Shown here in pieces: positions 53,429 to 64,000 of a stretch of DNA of 64,000 bases; positions within the stretch are counted from its first letter, which is position 1, and every line of letters begins with the position of its first letter. The translations under genes were made by a program, and so were the position numbers. The notes beneath the pieces are model-generated. The model was not told where the DNA came from and searched no databases. It saw nothing but the letters and a program-made list of their open reading frames with translations. This DNA comes from Lytechinus pictus (taxonomy: Eukaryota): the NCBI RefSeq assembly GCF_037042905.1, contig NC_087262.1, positions 16,864,001 through 16,928,000 on the forward strand, given 5' to 3'.

Positions 53429-54683
53429 ATGTGTGTAAAGTGACTAATTTCATTATCATATAATGAGTGAGAGGGGAATTGAGCGACGGAGAAGTCGAAT
53501 GTACGAAATAATAAAATAAAATAAAATCGACAGTTTACATTTCTAAACCAATCGATTACTTTCCACTCACTTTTTTTCATGTATTTCAATTTTAATGATA
53601 TAATCAGGGCAGGCGCCAGGATATTTTGATGAGAGAGGGTGGAGGTGAGCGATACGACCTAAATGTGCCGTCACATATTTTCTATTTTGAATTATATTGT
53701 ATAGGTACCTGGTCCAGATCTCTCTATTTTTATTCTCTTCTCTTCCCTTTACTTCCATTTTTTCCTCATCTTTTTCACTTCTTGAAAAATCGTAGGGGGC
53801 TGTCGCCCACTCCCCCTAACCCCGCCCCTGGTTATATCGTTTTATTATTATTATTTTCCCTGTTACATTCACTCAGTGAGCAGAAGGTACACTGTAAAAA
53901 CTGTGGTGTTAAAACTGACACCAATTGGTGTTAATAGAGGACCACACCCTGAGGTGTTAAAATAACACCCTAGAGATTGAACATAACACCAAATAGTGTA
54001 AATGTAACAACCATAGGTGTTGTAATAACACCTATGGGTGTAAAACTAACACCACAAATTTAACACCGGTGTGAAATAACTGGTGTGGTCGTCTATGTAC
54101 ACCGGTAAACACCACAGTTTTTGTGTATATAGTATTATAAATACAGATGATGTTCCAGGAAGGGTAAAAGAAATGGAGATTGAAAGAAAGAAGGGAGGGG
54201 TTTAAGAGGTAGAGGTTGGGAACTAAGGAGATGCGAAAGAGGGCAAGATGTTAAAGGGAAATTGAATAGTAAATTTAGAGAGGGGAAGAGCGAAATGGAA
54301 AAGATGTGAGGGGAGATAGAAAGAGAGATAGGGGAAAGGAAACTCATACACAGTATGGATTATGGAAATTATGTTAAAAAACATTTATAATACGCTGTGC
54401 TATAAGAATTTCACAGAAGTTGTTTAAAAAGCTTAAACATATTAAAAAAGAGTTTGAAATCTTAAACTTGGAGGAAATCAGAAATATGAGAAATTAAAGG
54501 AAAATATAAGATACTAAGTACACAAACAAATTGGGAGTTGAAGACAAAACCAGCAACTTTAAAGCAGGTTTACCAATTTGAAGATCCCCTTACAGTAAAA
54601 ACGCTGACTTAAATTGACAGAATGCTGTTGACTGTGTACAGTGAACATTAACAATTAGGCTTAATTTATTGAGAAATCAATAT

Positions 54684-54719
<36 letters not shown>

Positions 54720-55143
54720 AATAATTAAGATTTTACACACTTGTTTAAACTGTTCAAACAATACGATTCATACAGTAAACAGCATTGTACAGTGTTTTTA
54801 CTGTATAGAGATAATACAGTACGTGTATCTATCAATGATAAAAAAATTGATAAATCTAGTACGCCCTCTCTCGATAAGATGCCAAATGTTTCCATCAAGT
54901 TCAAAGGTAGCTGGGAAAAACCAGTTCTATTTATAGTTTGGTTGAACTATACTCTGGCAGACGATCTTTTATTGTAATATATCACAGCTTGCTATTGTAG
55001 TATGAGTTTCGCACACACAGTCATTTCACAACGTGCATATTAATACATTTATGTGTACGTGTATATCATAGTGTCACGAGTAGATATCTCTTACAGCTAC
55101 CCAGTTTCGTTGAAATAGTTTTCTCTAGAGTTTATATATAGTA

Positions 55144-55773
55144 ATGGCTGAAAAGATTGAAATAGAGAAAGCCTCTAGTTCTTCACAGAACCTGATATGT
55201 CCGCTATGTCTTGATATTTTTGATGAACCGACGATCCTGATGTGCGGACACACTTTCTGTCGAAAGTGTCTCAAGAAATATGATCTAACCCACCAGGACA
55301 TTGACCACATGGTCTGCCCTCTCTGCAGGGAGATCACCAAGTTGTCTGCCAACCGTGTCGACGATCTCCGACTCAATGTCTCCATTAACGGATTCGTAGA
55401 CGATTACCACGCCAAGTGTGGAGGGATGAATTCTGTTCTAGAAATGAACCATAAATGCACAGCTTGCAAGTTTCAGGAAGACGCTGTCTCCTTTTGCAGA
55501 ACATGTAATAACTACATGTGTGATAAATGCCTTCAATGTCATCAACGTCTTAGTGTGTTCGAAGGTCACGAGATTGTCTCCATGGAGGATGTCATCGAAG
55601 GGAAGGTCAGCATTGGTCATCTATTCGAGAAATGCTTCATCCACAAACAAGAGAACAAAGATATGTTTTGTGATGATTGTAAGGTCCGTGTCTGTCTCAG
55701 GTGCGTGGTCGTTGGTCATAAGGTCCATAACATCAAGAACCAGTCTGACTTCGAGCAGGAATTGAGGCGAAAG
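55144..55773 (+). CDS. TRIM paralog 6, exon A (RING, B-box1, B-box2). Joins 57628..58890, 630 aa
   Basis: All Zn ligands present; 630 nt; donor AAG|GTAATG at 55773/55774. Confidence 0.93.
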
Positions 55774-56054
55774 GTAATGGTTATTTTTAACAATTGGAAT
55801 ATTAAGTAAAGAAAAATATTTAAAAGGAGATGCTGATGTAGATTGTGCCGCTGAAGGAAAAGAAAAAGATGATGATACTAGCTATTATTTTACTAATACC
55901 GCTGACCTCCTCCTCCCTCCTTATATAGGGGAGGCGGAACCAGTTGGGGTATACTTAAAGGCCTCCGATTATTTTCAGTAAATGTGTACAAAAAACTAAA
56001 GTGACAATCTTATGGTGAAATGTTACATGCCCCCCCCCCCTCCCTTCTCGGATC

Positions 56055-56441
56055 GGTATATTTCCAATTCGTCCAATTGCCAATTCCTCTGCTACCAATT
56101 GGTATATCATCAGTTGTATACTTACCACATGCCCTACTTTCATTTAGTCTAATGCCATTCCGTCTGATAACCAGTTGGTGCAATAGCCATTTCGTCCACA
56201 TACCATTTTGGTTTAATTAAACTAAAATGTTAATTGTGCAAAATGACTGAAAAGAAAATGGGCATTAGACCAACTTCGATTAGACGAAATTGTGATCAGA
56301 CGAAGTGATGATTGGACCAAATGGTTATTGGACCAAATGCTTGTTAGAGGAAATGTTGATGGACGGAACGGCATTAGACTAAATGACGGTAGACAATGTG
56401 GTGAGTGGACGAGTTGGCAGTGAACGGATTTGCAATTAACC
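56055..56441. mobile_element. Complete intronic foldback element with 8-bp TSD and ~15-bp subrepeats (TU-element/Merlin-like)
   Basis: CTCGGATC|GGTATATTTCCAATTCGTCCA ... GCAATTAACC|CTTGGATA. Empty sites lie in the introns of paralogs 1 (~1087) and 3 (~28696). Confidence 0.75.
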
Positions 56442-57564
56442 CTTGGATAAGCCCCCGCTGTCAACTCCAAGACCCCCATGTTGTAACTATTGTGTGAGTA
56501 AAAAAAAAGACACCTCACGAATCCCTAATTCAAGGGGGAAAATATGCCATTAACATGATTATATATGAAATATATATATATGTGAAAATAATTTGATACC
56601 ATATCTATGTGGTATATTATGTGTTAACGCTTGGATGATCAGGAGGTATTTTGTGCAGTGATGTAAATTTTGATTTGCGCCAAAGTAAGACATGGTTTCA
56701 ATAAATGAATCCAGATGTCAATGATGGCCGACTCTAACAAGGGCTCCACCAAAATCCATTTTAGAATACGTTTTTAATAATTTACATTACAATTGTTTAA
56801 AAAACACTTTTTACTATTAACTCTCAAATTGATTTCGTTGAAAAAGGATTCGCAAATAGTCTACTATCTCATGTAGGATTATGAAATCATTGGCATATAG
56901 ATTCATTCATTATAGTCATACCTAACTTTGGCGCAAATCAAATTTCCACTGCAAAGAATATACCTATTGATTATCTAAGCGTGAAGACACACCACATAAA
57001 TATGGCATCAAAATATGTGGAAGGAGATACTCTTTCCAAATATAATGATTATACTTTCATGACATATTTTCCCCTTAAATTGGGGACTTATGAGGTGTCA
57101 AGGTTTTTTTATTCACACCTTTTAGGCCTATACTGCTAATGATGATAATAATATTTATAATAACAAGGACAATGATGACGATAATTAGAAATAATAATAA
57201 AAGTGGTAATTATAGTAATAATGATACTATCATCAATTTTAGGAAAATCTGTATGAATTATAATAATAATGGTGATAATAATCATAATTAAAACTATAAT
57301 TACTACAGATAATTTAACAATAGTAATACGACCACTCATAACATAATGATAATAACTGTCAATCATATCCTTTGTTGCCTCACCTATCCCCCCAGCCCCC
57401 CCCCCCCCCCTATATAGTCCAGAATAGAGATCGGAAATATGGATATGACAACTTCCTGGGTGTATACAAGTCAGATGTTATAATAGGCACATTAATTGAT
57501 TTTTTTCTAAATATAGAAACTACATTTACCATGTTTACGTGAATGATTGACAGCAAACGGTAAC

Positions 57565-57567
<3 letters not shown>

Positions 57568-57622
<55 letters not shown>
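57568..57622 (+). repeat. (CT)n microsatellite forming the polypyrimidine tract of the paralog 6 acceptor
   Basis: About 27 CT units immediately before GTTAG|GTG. Confidence 0.95.
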
Positions 57623-57625
<3 letters not shown>

Positions 57626-57627
57626 AG

Positions 57628-58890
57628 GTGACAGCCCTTACCCAGCAATGTGCAGCTAAGAAAGCTGAGCTGGAAAAGAACATTCAGAATATCGAAGAAC
57701 AACGTCATGAGGTACACACTGCCATGCAGAAACTGCTAGATGATGTCAGGCAGGCTTACAGCATCAAGGTCAAAGAGATGGAAGGAAATCTTCAAGATCT
57801 CATTGAGCAAATAAATGAATTGAAGCGAAGTTTCGAGGATGATCTCAACATCTTAAAGTCCAAGGATCGACAGAGGATTAAAAGCATTTGCAGTTCGATT
57901 ACATTGGTATATAATGACAGACTGGGTCATCTTGAGACAGACAGTCTTTCTGCTCATAACTTGCTGTGTGATGAGCTAGAAGCTATGCTGAAAGAGGTTA
58001 CCGATCGCACTACTGCGGAAGTTATTGCAAAGAAAGCACAGGAGAAGAGATTGAATCCTGGAGATAAATCTTGTCTTGACCTCGGGTTCATCTCAGTAGC
58101 AGATCCCAAGTTAGAAAGAATGAAGTGTATAGATCTACGAGAGCGGATGATTGGAATGACTAGGTACACTCATACCAGTGTGGCCATCGTATATGGGAGT
58201 AGTGCACGAGGTATTGATATCATTGATACAGCTGGTGGAACGGAGCAGTATACAAACATACCACACGACGTGGGTTATGAAGATATTGTGTTCGAACGAG
58301 ACAATGCATTATGTGTCTCAACTAGTTCTACAGAAGCACACATGTATTCTCCCAATGGCTCCAGGAAAGCAACAATTAACGTGAGTGGGACTGGTTATTA
58401 TCTCAGACTGAACAGAAGTCCATCAAATGAGATCCTCATTGCTAACGCTGCCAACAAAGTCTACATCTATGACCCGACTGGATCCACTCTCAAACACACT
58501 GTTCCAACAAAGCACAGGACGTGGGAGGCATCATCCACCAGGTCTGGTTTGATCGTCACCAGTTCATGTGAACTCACCAATCCAAGCGTGGTGACGGTCT
58601 ATGACAGGGATGGGAATGCTGGTGAGTCTCTACAAGCTCCAATGTATGTCTACCTGTATGCTACCGTGGATGAGCAGGACAGGGTGTATGTAGCGAGTGT
58701 TGATAAGAAGAATAGGAAGGTGGTGATCAGGCTCTATGATCTTGATGGTCTGAACCTGAAGGAAAGAGTTGAGTTTAATGCACTTAATATGACATTGTAT
58801 AATAAGTGGTGTTACTTGGTTTCCCTCTCTCCGGACCTACTCGCTTTTGCTTGTTGGAAGAAGTTATATTTCATCAAGATATCGCTGTAA
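57628..58890 (+). CDS. TRIM paralog 6, exon B (coiled coil + NHL-like propeller)
   Basis: (CT)n-GTTAG|GTG acceptor; 420 open codons. Confidence 0.92.
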   Translation: MTALTQQCAAKKAELEKNIQNIEEQRHEVHTAMQKLLDDVRQAYSIKVKEMEGNLQDLIEQINELKRSFEDDLNILKSKDRQRIKSICSSITLVYNDRLGHLETDSLSAHNLLCDELEAMLKEVTDRTTAEVIAKKAQEKRLNPGDKSCLDLGFISVADPKLERMKCIDLRERMIGMTRYTHTSVAIVYGSSARGIDIIDTAGGTEQYTNIPHDVGYEDIVFERDNALCVSTSSTEAHMYSPNGSRKATINVSGTGYYLRLNRSPSNEILIANAANKVYIYDPTGSTLKHTVPTKHRTWEASSTRSGLIVTSSCELTNPSVVTVYDRDGNAGESLQAPMYVYLYATVDEQDRVYVASVDKKNRKVVIRLYDLDGLNLKERVEFNALNMTLYNKWCYLVSLSPDLLAFACWKKLYFIKISL

Positions 58891-59682
58891 TAAAGAGTAT
58901 CTCACTAGTGTTTATCACATGAACTATTGCTTTTTATGCGATTATTCATTGTGTATCTGAAATGAGAATCCAACGCCTTTCTAAATTTGTTTACATTTTG
59001 TGATGTGTATATACACAGAAATTTTAACACGAATCGAAAAAAAGTTCATACACATAAAATAATTTCATCATTGAAACTCGAGTATCAAAAGACCATTATT
59101 ATTCATTATTTCATGAATCTGATATAACCACAAAGTAAAAAAAGAAGTAGCAAATTGTTTAAGCCTGTCACTCTAATAACAAGTTGTTTAAACTCTTTTT
59201 GGAATTGTTTAAACATTTTAAACAATTTTTAAAAAAAAATTTCAGTCGTTTTAAAAATAAACAGACGCTTAAAAAGTTTAAACAGTAGTTGTTAGAGTGA
59301 TAGGCCTAAACAACGTGCTTGACATTTTAAACAGCGTTTTTTTACAGTGTAATGATTTTGTTGTCATTCAACTCGTGTAATAAAGCGTAAAATATTTGGG
59401 GTCTCTTGCTGTTACAAAGAATTCGATAAGACTATTATATTAAACGAACTCTATATTTATGAGTTTCAAGATTAGTCTTTATGTAATTGTGTACAATTGA
59501 TATGCTGTTTTCTTGCAAGTCAACCTATTCGTTGTAGAGATACGTCAATGATCTCGATATCCTTTTTTTCTGCTCAGTGTACAGGCCTAATAATCACGGA
59601 TATCAGCTGAATTCTTTGCTATTCGACCGTAAAACCATTAATCTGAATAGGGCTTTATTTCTTTTTATGTGTGGAATCATTC

Positions 59683-59757
59683 AAATATTGAAATATCAAT
59701 CGGTTTGTGGGGACTATACGGTATAGTCCCCACAAACCGATTGATATTTCAATATTT
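59683..59757. repeat. Perfect inverted repeat, 37-bp arms, 1-nt spacer
   Basis: AAATATTGAAATATCAATCGGTTTGTGGGGACTATAC-G-GTATAGTCCCCACAAACCGATTGATATTTCAATATTT. Confidence 0.95.
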
Positions 59758-61055
59758 TCATTCTATGAAATGTACATAATTACAGGAATATTCATATTGT
59801 ATTAAGACACCTCGCTGAATGATTAATGTTTATAAACAGTCACTACAAATACAAACTACGATATTAATATAATTTCAATTTCACTAGGGCATCCATAGAA
59901 ATGTATTTATATCGAAGAACTTGTTATTTTTTTTTTAATCGTTTTGCCTTTATTCAGAATACAATACATCATAATTTAAAAAAGGTATAATAGTAATATT
60001 TTCTTGCATTGCACATTGCTATACGTTCTATTTACAAAATTCAGGTTAGCTTAATAAATGATTAAATTTCCATGAAATATAATAATAAAAACAACGAATC
60101 ATATAAAGAAATAATACTTTGTGAACATTATTGAAATCAATATAAATCATGATAATTTGAATAAGGAATTTCTTGTGAGAAAAGATGAATGGTGTACATT
60201 AAGCCAATATAACACGGTATATTTAATTAAATTTCTCAATATAAAAATGATTATGAATATCGGACTACGTGTTTATAAATTGCCGTTTGTTTATACCGCC
60301 CTCTTTCGAGAGAATCAGGACATGCTCTATCTTTGAACAACATGGAAAGGTATCTATTGGAGACTGATTCTATCCGAAGATTATACAATGAATTATTTTC
60401 TGGAGAAAATCTTTTATCATATTCACCTTTTTAGAAAATGTTGATGGAAAGAAACAACACAAATGCACATACATACGGTTGTCCACCCCCACCCCAAAAA
60501 AAGGATAATAAACATTAATACAAATTTTTAAAAGGAAGTGATTGGACTCTTTGCTTTTTTCTCAGATTTGACATTTATCTTGTAGAAGTGACAGAATGAC
60601 GAATGACGTACTGTAAAATAAGATAATTAATTGTGACATCCTTTAAGGTCTTCCTTTAAGTAAAATAATAGCATATACACTCTAATAATGAAACATTGAA
60701 AGGTTATTGAAATATGTTGATTCAATATCTATATATTCTATTTTCTAGTTGAATTACTTGCGTGAAATTGCATAGACATAACGTGTACATAAATAATATT
60801 GAAATTTATATTGTTATTAAATTCTCTATATTATAGTGTGCATATGTATGTATGGAAACGTTTAACATAAAATATAAAATTCACACTTTTTTAAAGTTTT
60901 AATTTGACCCATATTTTGTTTCTAATACCTTTACATTCTCTTGATCTCATACATATCAAATCAATTTTAAAATGCTATTTCTATATGAATTATTATTGTA
61001 TGATATAAACTGTATGAATGTGTTTTTATTATTGTGGATGTCACCCTACAAGTCC

Positions 61056-61582
61056 CGCGGCTCCGTAATACAAAGATTAGCGATCACTCGCTAAATGAAT
61101 TGACCAATCAAGATCAATGTTACACACGCATTTGTCGCAAAACACTGACTGGGAACCAATTAGAAGTATTCTTTCATATTTGCTATTCATCGCAAACCTT
61201 GTGTTACAGAGCCTTAGGGCTGCGTGACACAAAGGTTTGCGATGGATTGCAAATATGAAAGAAGCGCACTGATTGGTCCCTGGTCAGTATTATAAACCAA
61301 ATACGCATGTACCATTAATATTGATTGGTCAGTTCATTTAGCGATTGATCGCTAATCTTTGTGTTACAGAGCCCTGGTCTGGGAGGAAGGCCTTTGGGTG
61401 GTAGTAATTTATTTTATGTTTTCCTTTCCCAGGAAACCCATGGGTCCCGTAACACAAAGATAAGTGATTAATTGCATATTTGATTTTTACGATTAATATT
61501 TATTGTATATTGTAGCCAATGCAATCAATCGTAGAGAAATGAACTACAATAATTGCTAAACTCTGTGTTACGGGTCCCTGGA
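61056..61582. mobile_element. Cluster of three short MITEs with GG(G)C/TCCGTAACACAAAG termini (PIF/Harbinger-like); partial homolog at 5495-5755
   Basis: Repeated inverted pairs CCGTAACACAAAG / CTTTGTGTTAC(A/G)G at about 61058-61213, 61217-61374 and 61442-61579. Confidence 0.55.
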
Positions 61583-64000
61583 GATAAATTAGTAAACATC
61601 CTCGTCTATTTTGTTTTTGTATTTGTGTTCTCTTTGAAAATTTCATATTGTTGATATACTGAACAAAAATAATAATAACAATATATATACATGTAGAGGA
61701 CTCCTCGCACGGAGTAAAACAAAAATCGTACACACGGATTTTGAAGTTCAACCTTGTATGACTATTGACACTAAAATGGGATACTAAAAAAGGGGTACTT
61801 CAAATGTTTCGTTGATAGAAAAACAATAACCGTCCCCATACAAATATCATTGATGTCTTCGGTTTGGTAAATAAAGTTATTTGTTTTCTTCGTGAATATT
61901 AAGGTTTTTGTCGTTTGGAAATGTATACACATGGATTTCTGGCAAGATAGACTATAGTCTTACCACATAGGAAGGGGGATTTTAAGTGAATGAATAAAAA
62001 AAGATGTATAGTTTCATAATGTGATTTCTAAATATGTTTGTTCAACTATTCGCTGCCTGCACTGGCATAATGTTTCTCTCCCGCGAATATTATATTTCTA
62101 TAATTTATTTTTGTACTTCAACTTTTGATATTTATATTGGGTTTTTTTTTTGGTTGGCGTCATGTTCCATCTCTATCCGTTATTGTAAACTGATTTTGTA
62201 AAATGCATATATCGAAACAAAGACACAGGGGTTTGTTTCTCATACAAGCATGGGCTTTTCCTTGGCAAACCCTCCGTTCTGTTCCATTTATTTTTTACCA
62301 AAAGTCACTTTTATTCACCTCAATATCCTTTCATTCGATTTTTTTTCTAAATTATGTATATTATAATAGGAATTGAACTCGTTGTGATATTTTTTACAAT
62401 GTATTTTTTATATGAATGTACTTTAGTGCATTTTAAGAACGAATAATTCATAAATCAATCTCAAATCTCACTAAAATTATCAAATACCTTCTCACAGACG
62501 AATTACGTTTTTAGTAAATCCGTCGATTTCAAGAAAAAGAGAACGTTGTATCAAATCAGGATGCAATTCGTTTTACCCACTGTTCTCTGAGATGAATTAT
62601 TAATATCAACATTTTGCGCCAATTTAGTGTTGTTTGTTTTAATTTGGACGTAATGGATGTTATCAATTCAGTTTGACAAATCGGACGGAAATTGTTTGCG
62701 TCAACGAAAATGGCTTTACACTGAGAGTATAGATTATTTTGCACAATCATAATTATTTAACCTGTTTTACATAACATATATAGTATATCATTTCATGTTT
62801 TTAACGACATATCTATCGATTTATTAAATCTCTTCATAATACGCTGTCTGATTTCCATCTGTGAAATACACAAAATTATTTCAACCATTGTTATAGCCTA
62901 TTATGGTGTAGCCAATAAAAACTAACGCTGTAAATATTCAAATCATCATAGAAGGGAATAATTTTATTATCATGTGAGCGAGGGGAGGAATTGCAAAAAG
63001 GAATGTTGGCCCTACCACAGAATGACATAATAAAATTCGACAATTAAGATTTCTAAACCAACCGATTACTTTCCATTCACTCTTTTCATGGATTTCAATT
63101 TTAATGATAATTATAATCAGGGGTGGCGCCATGATATTTTGATGGGGGGGGGGGGCGAAAGATTACGTCATATATTTTCTCAATTGAACTATAGGGATGT
63201 TTTATAGGTATATGGTCCAGACCTCTCCATTTTAATTATTTTTCCTCAATTCTCTCCTTTCCTTATTTTTCTCCTCCTTTGTCACTACGTACAAAATCGC
63301 AGGGAGCGGTAGCCCCTTCCCTTTTCTCTATAAATAAATATAGGCAAAATGTTCATACCATTTGTTCCAGGAAAGGTAAGAGAAATGGAGATTGAAAGAA
63401 AGAAGGGAGGGGGTAGAAGGGGTAGAGGCTGGGAACTAAAGGAGATGCGAAAGAGGGCAAGATGTTTCAAGGGAAATTGAATAGTAAATTTAGAGAGGGG
63501 AAGAGCGAAATGGAAAAGATGTGAGGGGGGATAGAAAGAGAGATAGGGGAAAGGAAACTCATGCCGTTTGAAAGTACTTAGAATATCACATTACAAGACA
63601 TAAGATAACAATTTTATTGTTATTCCGGATAAAATCTATAAGATCATGATGTAGTATCAACGAAACCGACTCCAAACCGACCCCTGATACAGTGTGTACC
63701 ATTCGAACAAAAACCGGTCAGACAGCCTTGAGGTCGGTTTTCTTTGTCATGCTACTGTCGAAATCGAGTCCAAACCGACTGATATGCCATTTGAAAAACA
63801 AAAACAAACCGTAATAGCCCTGACCGGTTTTAGGTCGGTTTCATGGATGTGACTGTAGCATGACAAAGAAATTTTAAAAAAAAAATCCAAACCGATCGAT
63901 AGAATTTCATTGTAAATAACGTATAGATTCAGTAGATCTGGATTCGATGTGACCGTGGCTAAGACTGTATAACACTGATCACTAGACTGAATGTATCCTC

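Noticed and set aside
188-58890. Assigning a gene symbol such as TRIM56, TRIM2/3 or TRIM71
   Set aside because: The architecture is similar but there is no filamin domain, and orthology cannot be shown without phylogeny.

Overview
This window is AT-rich eukaryotic genomic DNA. It is metazoan, and the repeat types suggest an echinoderm such as a sea urchin (inference). It consists of a head-to-tail tandem array of six paralogous two-coding-exon TRIM genes on the + strand, spaced about 7-14 kb apart. Exon A (630 nt) encodes a C3HC4 RING, B-box1 and B-box2. After a phase-0 GT-AG intron, exon B encodes a coiled coil, a linker and an NHL-like six-bladed beta-propeller. Copies 1, 2, 5 and 6 are intact (631, 631, 662 and 630 aa). 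Copy 3 is dead: it has a hAT-type insertion in the RING exon, a lost RING Cys, and exon B is missing at a LINE junction. Copy 4 has a 17-nt frameshift deletion but a fully open exon B. The RING and coiled coil are almost invariant, whereas the propeller differs between copies at about 12 regularly spaced short patches (two per blade) predicted to lie on one face. This suggests a diversifying recognition surface coupled to an E3 ligase, evolving by birth-and-death and sequence exchange. The spacers are homologous to one another and carry copy-specific non-autonomous DNA transposons, LINE 3' fragments, locally amplified tandem repeats (145, 132 and 104 bp units) and a de novo perfect hairpin. 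Most short ORFs in the ORF track are spurious, and the 'M' starting each exon-B ORF is really a Val (GTG) directly after the splice acceptor AG.
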